From: Candidatus Daviesbacteria bacterium RIFCSPHIGHO2_12_FULL_37_16
Lineage (GTDB): Bacteria > Patescibacteriota > Microgenomatia > Daviesbacterales > UBA10151
Length of the DNA stretch: 64,000 nucleotides
NCBI GenBank assembly: GCA_001776785.1
Contig: MFDF01000006.1
Span: 16,769-80,768, forward strand
Direction of reading: 5' to 3'
Shown here: positions 38,535 to 46,831 of the stretch, in pieces
How the letters are laid out: every line of letters starts with the position of its first letter
How positions within the stretch are numbered: the stretch's first letter is position 1
Position numbers and translations under genes: made by a program
Notes under the pieces: generated by a model
Database searches by the model: none
Seen by the model: only the letters and a program-made list of their open reading frames with translations
Told to the model about the DNA's origin: nothing

Positions 38535-39533
38535 TCAATCAAAGTAATTTAGCTTCATGGCTTTTTTAACTTCTGTCAAAGTTTTTTTGGCCTCAATCCT
38601 GGCTTTTTGAGTACCTTCTTTGAGGATCTTTTCTACCAGTTCTGGATCTTCTTCATACTTTTTCCTTCTTTCCCTGATAGGTTCTAAAAAGGTATTTAAA
38701 ACTTCAACTAGGAATTTTTTAACCTCCACATCCCCTACAGTACCTTCTTTATATCTCTCTTTGTAACTTGTAACTTGTGACTGGTGACTTGAATCTGAGA
38801 ATGCATCTAGATAAGTAAATACTGGATTGCCCTCAACATTTCCCGGGACTGTGGGGCTTGTTCTATTTGGGTCTGTGTACATTCCCATAACCTTTTTCTC
38901 AACAACTTCTTTAGAGTCTGTCAGGTAGATTGCATTGCCTGTGGATTTACCCATTTTACCTGCACCATCTGTGCCTGGAAGAGTAGGAACTTCACCTATC
39001 AGGGGCTCTGGAATAGGAAAAACTTCTCCATAGAGGTTGTTAAACTTAATAGCTATGTCCCTGGCAAACTCTACATGGGCTTTTTGGTCTTTACCCACAG
39101 GAACCAGGTGAGCTCTGGGGGTAAGGATATCTGCAGCCATGAGTACGGGGTAATAATATAGTCCTACTGTGTCCTGATTACCCTGGTCTAGTTTTTCTTT
39201 TAGAGCAGGCTGGCGCTGTATAACTGCCCTGGGAGTGAGAGTGGAGAGATAGTAAGCAATCTCAGTAGTTTCTGGCAGGCCTGACTGGAGACAGAAAGTG
39301 ACTTTGTCTGGATCCAAACCCACAGAAAGATACCCAAGCATTAAGCCTTTTATATTTTCTTTTAAAACATCAGTCCTGTCAAAATGGGTGGTCAGGGCAT
39401 GCAGATCTGCAATCAGGATAAAGGTTTCATACTCATCCTGAAGCTTAACCCTGTTTTGCAAAGAACCCACATAATTTCCAAGATGAAAACTATCTGAGGT
39501 TGGTCTGTCTCCTGTTAAAATTCTTTTTTTCAT
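38535..39533 (-). CDS. trpS: Tryptophanyl-tRNA synthetase
   Basis: TGDRPT..FHLGNY, ADLHALT, YPVLMAADI, VPVGKDQ and KMGKS. Confidence 0.97.
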   Translation of the reverse strand: MKKRILTGDRPTSDSFHLGNYVGSLQNRVKLQDEYETFILIADLHALTTHFDRTDVLKENIKGLMLGYLSVGLDPDKVTFCLQSGLPETTEIAYYLSTLTPRAVIQRQPALKEKLDQGNQDTVGLYYYPVLMAADILTPRAHLVPVGKDQKAHVEFARDIAIKFNNLYGEVFPIPEPLIGEVPTLPGTDGAGKMGKSTGNAIYLTDSKEVVEKKVMGMYTDPNRTSPTVPGNVEGNPVFTYLDAFSDSSHQSQVTSYKERYKEGTVGDVEVKKFLVEVLNTFLEPIRERRKKYEEDPELVEKILKEGTQKARIEAKKTLTEVKKAMKLNYFD

Positions 39534-39593
39534 AAATTCCTTTTTAGTTTATCACAACTTCTGTTTTACTTGGGGCCAATCCTGACCCCAAGT

Positions 39594-39842
39594 TTACCAG
39601 CCTCCCATTCCATATGGGTAGAAGATAATCTGTTTTGGGAAAAACCTTTCACAACCCCTGCCTTCAATAAACCCATCTAGCCTATTTCCCTTTTGGTCTA
39701 TCTGTCCAGCCTCAATACAGACTTTTTTATCTTCCTGCATTTGCCTATCAGTATCAACCATAAGCTTAAGCCCAAAACTTGTTGTCAGAATTGCTAAACC
39801 TGCTATGGCAATGTCTGTCTTTGAGATTTGTAATCGTTCCAT
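39594..39842 (-). CDS. Small single-TM protein
   Basis: 82 aa with an N-terminal hydrophobic helix, two Cys and a GGAGGTG SD. Confidence 0.65.
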   Translation of the reverse strand: MERLQISKTDIAIAGLAILTTSFGLKLMVDTDRQMQEDKKVCIEAGQIDQKGNRLDGFIEGRGCERFFPKQIIFYPYGMGGW

Positions 39843-40582
39843 TTGTCATCACCACCTCTCAGAAGTGAAGTTAAACTTACTTTTTTAGCCATTAAACAAA
39901 GAATGTTTGGATAACTTTTTTCTCTGGGAAGAATTGGGTAGAAATCTTTTTGGGAATATTTATTATTTTTGCCTTTTGAACTTAAGAGGAAACCTTTTTT
40001 AACCAGTTTAAAGGCAGAGATTTCTTTTGATAGTTTTTCATTTTTACTTTCCCTTAGTAAAACATCAAACACTACAAAATATTCCTTATTTTGATCCTCA
40101 ACATAATTTTTAAGATAGTCCTCAATGAATTTTTTAACTTCTTTTTTTGTACTCTCTGATTTTCCTCCAACTTCAAGAGAAATTCCTAAATCCACATGAT
40201 CAATTAAAGACTTTCCTGAGGCAATGCTATTTTGCATGTAAACCACTTTTTTTGTATTAAGTTTATTGATTAAAGTTAGGTGGTTGGGAGTTAGTTTGGT
40301 TGTAATAATAAAAAGTTCTGAAGGGTCAGTTGCTGTATGAAAATCTAGCACAGCCTCATATTTTTTAAGCTGTTTTAATAACTTTGAAGCTAATTTTTCC
40401 TCTTTTGTACCTTTAGGATTGCCTGGGAATGCGCGGTTTAAGTCACTTTCTATAAACCTGACATTATTATCAAAGGCTTCCTTATTTGCTATTAATAATT
40501 TGAATTTTTTAAAATATTTGTTTATAACTTTGTAGGGGGCTTTTTCTCCACCGTGCTGACAAACAACAAAAATTGTATTCAT
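39803..40582 (-). CDS. Succinylglutamate desuccinylase/aspartoacylase-like (M14) metallo-amidase
   Basis: QHGGE, N..A....RF...DLNR.FPG, LDFHT and LEVG. Confidence 0.85.
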   Translation of the reverse strand: MNTIFVVCQHGGEKAPYKVINKYFKKFKLLIANKEAFDNNVRFIESDLNRAFPGNPKGTKEEKLASKLLKQLKKYEAVLDFHTATDPSELFIITTKLTPNHLTLINKLNTKKVVYMQNSIASGKSLIDHVDLGISLEVGGKSESTKKEVKKFIEDYLKNYVEDQNKEYFVVFDVLLRESKNEKLSKEISAFKLVKKGFLLSSKGKNNKYSQKDFYPILPREKSYPNILCLMAKKVSLTSLLRGGDDKWNDYKSQRQTLP

Positions 40583-41250
40583 AATAACCTCCTATAGCCT
40601 ACTAAAAGCATTGCATCTCCAGCACTATAATCTAAAATATCTGTAAAATTAGTTACTCTAGGGTTTGAGCTTCTTCTACGCTCACCTTGTGCAATCATAG
40701 GACTGCCAAAGTAGCCTGGAAGGACTAATCTTTTTTCATCAATTTCAGTTTCTGGAGTGATTAAACCTATATTCTGAAGCAAAGTAATTTGTTTACTTCC
40801 TGCAACCTCATCCATTGCAATAACTCTGGAGCAGGTATTAGCCATGATTTCAACAACCCTGTCATTTTGAGTCCTAACTGCAACTGTTTCCGCTTGATTT
40901 TGATCCAAGTAGTGGTTAACAATTTTTTCAATTACCCTGGAAGGGGCCTGGGGTTTTTTGACTATTCCTGCAATATAGATAACCCCTTCTGCTGGATAAT
41001 TTTTTAATGCTGCAAAACCTGTTGGTAGAGTGTCATTAACAGTCATATATAAATCCGCTCCTCTTATATGACTTGCTACATCCTCACTAAACTCAGGCGT
41101 TAAAGATCTTTGAAATGCGCAAGCTGCTACCTCTGATAATTGAGGCTCTAATAATTTCTTTGAGTCACCAGGTAAAGCATCAAAATTATTGGTCTTATAA
41201 ACCTGTGAACCTGCATATTCAAAACAATATTCTAACCCTTTTATATTCAT
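40579..41250 (-). CDS. Probable GNAT-fold protein
   Basis: GFAA...VIYIAGIV..P and VRTQN pattern. Fold judged by eye only. Confidence 0.55.
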   Translation of the reverse strand: MNIKGLEYCFEYAGSQVYKTNNFDALPGDSKKLLEPQLSEVAACAFQRSLTPEFSEDVASHIRGADLYMTVNDTLPTGFAALKNYPAEGVIYIAGIVKKPQAPSRVIEKIVNHYLDQNQAETVAVRTQNDRVVEIMANTCSRVIAMDEVAGSKQITLLQNIGLITPETEIDEKRLVLPGYFGSPMIAQGERRRSSNPRVTNFTDILDYSAGDAMLLVGYRRLL

Positions 41251-41261
41251 CTTTTTAGGAC

Positions 41262-41530
41262 TAAAAAAGCCCTTGCTTGCTCACTAAAAACTAATGAACA
41301 AACAAGGGCCTTCTTTAGGCGGTGCCACCTTGTGTTTGATAATTTTCCAAATAAAAAGCGACTTGTAAGTCGCTAAAGTTTAGGAAAAGTATCCTCTTCC
41401 AGTACTCTAGCTTTTGGCTGACATACTGCTGTCTTATGATAACGGAAGACTTCCGGATTAGACATTCCTTCGAATTCTCTCAGGATAGCCTAATCAGCTC
41501 AGGGATCCCAATCAATCCCTTCAACGCCTT
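41262..41530 (-). ncRNA. T-box riboswitch, Trp-specific, ultrashort Stem I, transcriptional terminator
   Basis: Antiterminator CAAGG-UGGCACC-GCC..GGC-CCUUG (bulge region 41319-41331), terminator with U6, CCGUUA Stem IIA/B, K-turn-type Stem I with UGG in the loop. Confidence 0.88.
41263..41309 (-). terminator. T-box intrinsic terminator
   Basis: gcccttgtttgttca...tgagcaagcaagggc followed by tttttt. Confidence 0.88.
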
Positions 41531-41587
41531 TTTAATATTAAATTGTAAAACTAATTATACTTAACTGTTTACTATAAGTCAAATCAA

Positions 41588-41866
41588 TTATTCTGCATTA
41601 ATATCAATTAATCTTTCATTAACTGGTGGAAATACTTCAACTATTGGCCTGTTATCTATATGGCCTCTCCTTGAGATATTTAATAGATCTTCGGTCACAA
41701 CTTCTTTGGTGTCATGCTCTTTCATTAAAACATCTGTTCCCATTATTCCTAAAACAGTTAGGGTCCTGTCTATCCCACCAGCTCCTCTGGCAATAAAGGT
41801 TTGCCCTCTTTCAATAGGGTTAATCATAAATCCATTTGATCCTAGTTCTTTTCTGTCTATACTCAT
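41588..41866 (-). CDS. Small hypothetical protein
   Basis: 92-aa ORF downstream of an attenuator-like leader. Confidence 0.6.
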   Translation of the reverse strand: MSIDRKELGSNGFMINPIERGQTFIARGAGGIDRTLTVLGIMGTDVLMKEHDTKEVVTEDLLNISRRGHIDNRPIVEVFPPVNERLIDINAE

Positions 41867-41878
41867 ATTTTTAAAACA

Positions 41879-41995
41879 TAAAAAAAGCCACCTATCTGAG
41901 GTGGCTTTGTGGGTTTATTTAATTTGGATGACCCTTATTCTTTTGGGGCCTCCAACCCACAAAGCCTCACCCAATTGTGCATTGGGTATTGGCAT
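41879..41995 (-). promoter_or_regulatory. Leader-peptide attenuator (26-aa uORF at 41915-41995, with antiterminator and terminator)
   Basis: uORF MPIPNAQLGEALWVGGPKRIRVIQIK. 13-bp perfect complement between 41954-41966 and 41903-41915, overlapping the terminator aaagccacct-cagat-aggtggcttttttt. Confidence 0.7.
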
Positions 41996-42058
41996 TTAAT
42001 AATATTTCTAAAAAGTTTTATAGACATGTTTATGTAATATACATTACAAAAACTTAGC

Positions 42059-42730
42059 TTACTTGTCAAGGGTGTTTAAATATTGGGCACAGAGGCCTGG
42101 AGTGCGGGCAATGATAAAAACTGCATTGGAAAGTTTCGGATCCCAACCAAGGGTACAGAGTACAACTGCTATAGCTGCATCTATATTTAAAGGCAGTTTC
42201 TTGCCTTTTTGAGCTTCCATTTCCTTCTCCAGATCCCTGGCAATATTTATAAATTTATTATCCATATTAAACTCAGACATTTTCTCAAAAATTAATTTGG
42301 TCCTTGGGTCTTCATCTTTGTAGATCCTGTGGCCCAAGCCTGGCATACGCTTATCATCTTTCAAATACTCATCAACTAAATTGTTAATTGGTAATTGTTC
42401 ATTGTTAATTGAATAGAGAATTTCCATGCAGGGTTCGATTGCTCCACCATGGGAAGAGTTTATTTGCAAAATTCCTGCTGCAACTGATTCTGAGATATTT
42501 TTTCCATCAAGAGAAGCCTGGATTGTGGCTACTGCTGAGGGTGTTTCTGCCCCATGATCTATAGATAAATTTAAGATAAGTTCAAAGATTTTAAGTTCAT
42601 TCTCAGAAGGAGTTTTTTCTGAGAGCATTTCAAAGATTAATTGAGCAAAAGAAGATTTTTGGGAGACCAAAAGGTGGTCTTTATCCCCAAAATATGACTT
42701 GAGCTCTTTGTGCTTAACAGTTTTAGCCAT
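42059..42730 (-). CDS. Citryl-CoA lyase (citrate-synthase small-domain fold)
   Basis: IDHG..TPSA, HGGAIE, PG.GHR.YK..DPR, LNIDAAIA and ARTPG. Confidence 0.88.
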   Translation of the reverse strand: MAKTVKHKELKSYFGDKDHLLVSQKSSFAQLIFEMLSEKTPSENELKIFELILNLSIDHGAETPSAVATIQASLDGKNISESVAAGILQINSSHGGAIEPCMEILYSINNEQLPINNLVDEYLKDDKRMPGLGHRIYKDEDPRTKLIFEKMSEFNMDNKFINIARDLEKEMEAQKGKKLPLNIDAAIAVVLCTLGWDPKLSNAVFIIARTPGLCAQYLNTLDK

Positions 42731-42736
42731 GTTTTA

Positions 42737-42800
42737 TGAATTTTCAATTTTTAATTTTAAATTTGAATTCAAATTGTAAATTTCAAATTTTAAATTGTAA
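42737..42800. repeat. AT-rich 7-mer tract in inverted arrangement
   Basis: aattttc-aattttt-aatttta-aatttga | ttcaaattgt-aaatttc-aaatttt-aaattgt. Confidence 0.65.
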
Positions 42801-43688
42801 AGCCTTTTTTAGTAATCCTGCTATTTGGTCAAAATCTTCAACAACTAGAACACCACTCTCCTTAAGAACCATTCTCTTGTGGTCTGGTTTACCTCTTTCC
42901 CCTTCAATTATTGCACCTGCATGGCCAAATTGCACCTCTGAAGGTAAAGTCATTGTGAACTCACCTGCAATAAATGCTACTATAGGTTTTTTAATCTTTC
43001 CAGCTTTGACCATTTCTGCTACTCTTTCTTCATAAGTTCCACCCAGTTCTCCAAAAATAACAGAAGCTTGAGTATTAGGATCATCTTCAACTGCCATTAA
43101 AAAATCTGCAAAATCTGTGCCTGCAATCCTGTCCCCACCTATTCCTAAAGCATATGAAACACCCAAACCATTATTTCTTAAGTGAAGACCAATTTCACTG
43201 CTCATGCCTCCTGATTTTGAGATAATACAGATATTACCTTCCTTAAAAACCCTGTCAGGGTCTGCCCCACCTATTGAGCCTATTTTTAGTTTTTTTGCAG
43301 GATTTATCAGGCCCACAGAAGAAGGTCCAATAATATTTGCTCCCTTTTCTTGTGCCAGAGCATAAATATATGCAGAATCAGAAGTAGGCACTTTTTCTGT
43401 GAATATCAGCAAAAATTTGATTCCAGCCTCTAAGGCTTCCACAGCTGCAGCTTTTACAAACAGTGGTGGCACATATATTACAGTTGCATCAATCTCACCA
43501 AATTTCTCTGACAATTCTTTTACAGAATTAAAAACAGGCACACCTAAAACATCAGTGCCTCCTTTACCTGGGGTTACTCCTCCAACTACTTTTGTGCCAT
43601 AGCTTAACATGGTTTCCAAAGCCTTTGAGCCCTCTGAACCAGTGATACCTTGGCCAATTAATTTAGGATTATCAGGTAAAATTAACAT
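42783..43688 (-). CDS. CoA-binding alpha subunit of citryl-/succinyl-CoA synthetase (SucD-like)
   Basis: QGITG, GGVTPGKGG, IIGP, SKSGG, GIGGD, GE.GG..E and phospho-His FGHAGA. Confidence 0.9.
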   Translation of the reverse strand: MLILPDNPKLIGQGITGSEGSKALETMLSYGTKVVGGVTPGKGGTDVLGVPVFNSVKELSEKFGEIDATVIYVPPLFVKAAAVEALEAGIKFLLIFTEKVPTSDSAYIYALAQEKGANIIGPSSVGLINPAKKLKIGSIGGADPDRVFKEGNICIISKSGGMSSEIGLHLRNNGLGVSYALGIGGDRIAGTDFADFLMAVEDDPNTQASVIFGELGGTYEERVAEMVKAGKIKKPIVAFIAGEFTMTLPSEVQFGHAGAIIEGERGKPDHKRMVLKESGVLVVEDFDQIAGLLKKALQFKI

Positions 43689-43769
43689 CGTATAAAGTTT
43701 ATCGGTTTCGATGCCCGTTTGGTTTAGGGGTTACGTTTAACGTCCAACTCCCTTACGATACTGGCTTCG

Positions 43770-44924
43770 TTACCCATTTCCTCCTAACTTTTCAGCATAT
43801 TCTTTGGCAAGCTTAACAATTATCTCTGCTGAGGCTGGAATTGAGGTGTCCTCACCATATAAATGCAGATCAAATTCTTTAACTTTTTTAAGCATTTCAA
43901 AAGCTTCATCATCCCTTGGTCCTGCCCTTCTTATGACTATTGGATATTTGGGATTAGGTTCAATTTTTTTCAGGGCATCAATTATGCCAGATAAAGTTTC
44001 ATAGATATCTGTAAAGTTAGCCAGGGCCCCTACTATCCAGAGACCATTTAAATTGGGTTTGTCTAAAACTATTTTAGTTAACTTCTCCACTTTTTCCCTT
44101 GGTGGGTTGCCTGAATATTCTGTAAAGTTTGCAGGCTTGCCACCTGCATTTAAAAGTGCATCCATGGCTGTGATTGAGGCTCCTCCTCCTGAGGCTAAAA
44201 TTGCAATGTCCCCATCAAAGTCAAAGTAAGTTGAGCCTGCAACACCCCTGTAGTCATTTTCATCAATTTTTTTAGCTTCTATCTCATTTTTAGTTGGAGT
44301 GTAGCCTGCAACAGAGCGGGGGGGGTAATCCTTCCAGGCTTCATGCCTGCCAATGGCAGTATCATCTAATTTTATTTTTGCATCCAAAGCTATCCAGCCA
44401 TCTTTGGTTTTTACAAGGGGATTAATTTCTAATAAAAGCATGTCTTGTTCAAAGAAGAGCTTGACCAGCTTATTTACTATTTCAGTTATATCATTTGGGT
44501 GTGCGACCGCACACTTTAGTGATAATGGGTCCACTGGATAAACTTGCACTTCCTTTTCTTCTATTCCTGTTCCCCCAGCTTCTGAGAAGGTTAAAATAGG
44601 AGATCTTGAATCTGTGTCATAGGATAAAGAGAGGTAATATTCTTTCTCAATCTCTACCTTTTCTTCTACCAAAACCTTTTCCACCTTTTCCTTATTAATT
44701 ATTTTTCCCAACAAATTTGAAATTTGAAATTTGAAATTTGAAATTTCGTCGCAGACGACTATTCCTCCAGCATCTGCCCTTTTGCCTGAGAGGACCTGAG
44801 CTTTAAGGACAACAGGATACTGCAGAGCTCTGAGCTCAGAGCTCTGATTGAATAGTTGGGAGGCTGGGACTTTGATGCCTGCATCAGCTAAAAGCTTTTT
44901 TCCTTCAAATTCAAAGAGGATCAT
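43770..44924 (-). CDS. ATP-grasp beta subunit, ATP-citrate-lyase-like
   Basis: KAQV..GKR..AGG and EINPL. GGGAS, ANFTEYSGNP and ANFTD match ACL rather than SucC. Confidence 0.85.
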   Translation of the reverse strand: MILFEFEGKKLLADAGIKVPASQLFNQSSELRALQYPVVLKAQVLSGKRADAGGIVVCDEISNFKFQISNLLGKIINKEKVEKVLVEEKVEIEKEYYLSLSYDTDSRSPILTFSEAGGTGIEEKEVQVYPVDPLSLKCAVAHPNDITEIVNKLVKLFFEQDMLLLEINPLVKTKDGWIALDAKIKLDDTAIGRHEAWKDYPPRSVAGYTPTKNEIEAKKIDENDYRGVAGSTYFDFDGDIAILASGGGASITAMDALLNAGGKPANFTEYSGNPPREKVEKLTKIVLDKPNLNGLWIVGALANFTDIYETLSGIIDALKKIEPNPKYPIVIRRAGPRDDEAFEMLKKVKEFDLHLYGEDTSIPASAEIIVKLAKEYAEKLGGNG

Positions 44925-45040
44925 TTCTTTATGAGTTTATATTTTCTTTCCTAAAATTGCAAAGCAATTTTGAAAGGAGGAACAGATGCAAACTGGAACA
45001 ATTCAGAAATTGTGGAAGTTGAAATCTTGTTCCGACGCAG

Positions 45041-45115
45041 TAGCAGGGGTGAGATTCGAACTCGACGATCTCGGCGTTATGAGTGCCGCGCTTTAACCAA
45101 CTAAGCTACCCTGCC
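45041..45115 (-). tRNA. tRNA-Met (CAT), elongator type
   Basis: GGCAGGG/CCCTGCT acceptor, CTCATAA anticodon loop, TTCGAAT T-loop. One extra base in the T-stem. Confidence 0.88.
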
Positions 45116-45199
45116 ACGGAATGAATTTTAACAGAAACTTGCTCATCAGACAAACTTAATTGCAATCAAACAATTAAAAGATATATACTCATTTTTATT

Positions 45200-45478
45200 A
45201 TGAATGACATACAAAAAATGCTAAGAGCTATAATTAATGGACAAAGTGCCTTTAGACAGGAAGTATTAAGTAGGATTAATAACCTTGACCTAAAGATAGA
45301 TAAATTAGGCGAGAGATTAGAAGGAAAGATTGATAGTATAGAAGCTAAATTGACTAAACGATTAGACATAATTGGCAAGCAACTTGCCTACTTAGAAGAT
45401 GATGCTCCAACCAGAGAGGAATTTAATAATTTAGAAAAAAGGGTAGGTAAGATTGAGTCAAAAACCACTCAAGTCTAG
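45200..45478 (+). CDS. Small coiled-coil protein
   Basis: Heptad pattern and LEDDAPTREEF. Confidence 0.7.
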   Translation: MNDIQKMLRAIINGQSAFRQEVLSRINNLDLKIDKLGERLEGKIDSIEAKLTKRLDIIGKQLAYLEDDAPTREEFNNLEKRVGKIESKTTQV

Positions 45479-45657
45479 CTTACTACTAAACTTTTCTTTC
45501 GTTTTCCTTACCTAAATTTAGTTTTTATCTTATTTAAAATCTTCATAATTAAGATAATCAGGTTTGGGGGTAGGAAACTAAATTGCTGAGTTGGAAGAGA
45601 TAGGAGAGTTCACTAGTGTGATTTATTAAACTTTCCAAAACTACCCGGCCCTACCCT

Positions 45658-46341
45658 TCATCTGATTTTTTTTATACTTAATTTAACAAACCCTAAAATT
45701 ATCAGGTCAATAATTAAAGGCAGGCTTAAAAAAAGGTTGGCTTTTTTTAAGACCTCTACCATAGTTTGACCCCAGCCTGAAGATAAAATTGTATTAAAAT
45801 CCAAAAGTCCAACATAATAAAAAGCTATTAAAATTGCAAAAAGGATGGCAAAGACCATTAAAGTCCCTTCCATGTCTTTTTTGGAAGAAAACATAGTATT
45901 TGAGACTATAAAAATTAAATAAAACATCAAAGCCCAAACCCAGATAGATATTCCAGAAGAATTAGTAATATACCAGGAGATGCCAATTATTAAGCTTAAA
46001 CCTACTAATACAGGTGCTACTCCAATGATTGTCCTTCTTAAGGGGTCAGTTTTTTGAATTTGGGCACTACCCAGCTTTACCCCATCTTCCCTTATTTCAG
46101 GCATGAACTCAATATCAGATGACTCAACAAGCATCATGCCTGCTACTATGACATGGGCCAGCTCATGAATAATTGTTCCAGGCAAAAATAAAAAGGCTAA
46201 AAGACCAATTGTTTTTTTGTGGGAGTGGGTTAAAAAATAAAAAAGTGTCCCTAAAGATTTTAATAAAAGTTTGGAGACAAAATATATTAAAAAAAGCAGG
46301 ATAAAAAAGAGAGTTATCTGGATTGGGGTAGAATCCAACAT
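45658..46341 (-). CDS. Membrane protein with HExxH (M50-like peptidase)
   Basis: PGT.IHELAH, IGVAP and SS.KD, with several TM segments. Confidence 0.8.
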   Translation of the reverse strand: MLDSTPIQITLFFILLFLIYFVSKLLLKSLGTLFYFLTHSHKKTIGLLAFLFLPGTIIHELAHVIVAGMMLVESSDIEFMPEIREDGVKLGSAQIQKTDPLRRTIIGVAPVLVGLSLIIGISWYITNSSGISIWVWALMFYLIFIVSNTMFSSKKDMEGTLMVFAILFAILIAFYYVGLLDFNTILSSGWGQTMVEVLKKANLFLSLPLIIDLIILGFVKLSIKKIR

Positions 46342-46435
46342 GAACTTAAGTATATAAGGCTAAAATCTAATTGACAACTTATTATTAATAGCTGATACTG
46401 AATTTAACCTATATTTTTAAGGAGGTGATTTTTAT

Positions 46436-46825
46436 ATGGATAATACTCAACAAATCTTACAGATACCTCCTGATGTAAGATCATTTCTTGAAGGATTATT
46501 AACTGATGCCGGGATGACAAGCTTAGATGATGAAATGCGCGAAGAGATGTTAAAAGAGCTCTACGGGCGGCTTGATAATCACTTAAGTGCAACTATTATT
46601 GATAACCTGCCTCCTGAGAATTTAGATGAATTTATTAAATTAAATGAGGATGGAAAAACCAAAGAAGAGATTGAAAGTTACCTTAAAGAGAAGATGCCTA
46701 ATGCCCAGGAGGTATTAGCAAAGGCATTTATAGAATTTAGAGATCTTTATTTGGGAAATGTAACTGTTGCCAGGAATGCTCCCCCATCAGAGAGTCAACC
46801 TAGTGAGGGAGGCCAGACAAACTAA
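46436..46825 (+). CDS. Small acidic helical protein (DUF5663-like)
   Basis: Strong SD (AAGGAGGTG) and TTGACA at 46371. Ends 6 bp before the giant ORF. Confidence 0.75.
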   Translation: MDNTQQILQIPPDVRSFLEGLLTDAGMTSLDDEMREEMLKELYGRLDNHLSATIIDNLPPENLDEFIKLNEDGKTKEEIESYLKEKMPNAQEVLAKAFIEFRDLYLGNVTVARNAPPSESQPSEGGQTN

Positions 46826-46831
46826 AATAAA

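Noticed and set aside
43689-43769. CG-rich 80-bp spacer between the ACL-like subunits (also spacers at 13190-13300 and 45480-45655)
   Set aside because: Only weak hairpins, with no recognisable RNA family or second copy in the window.
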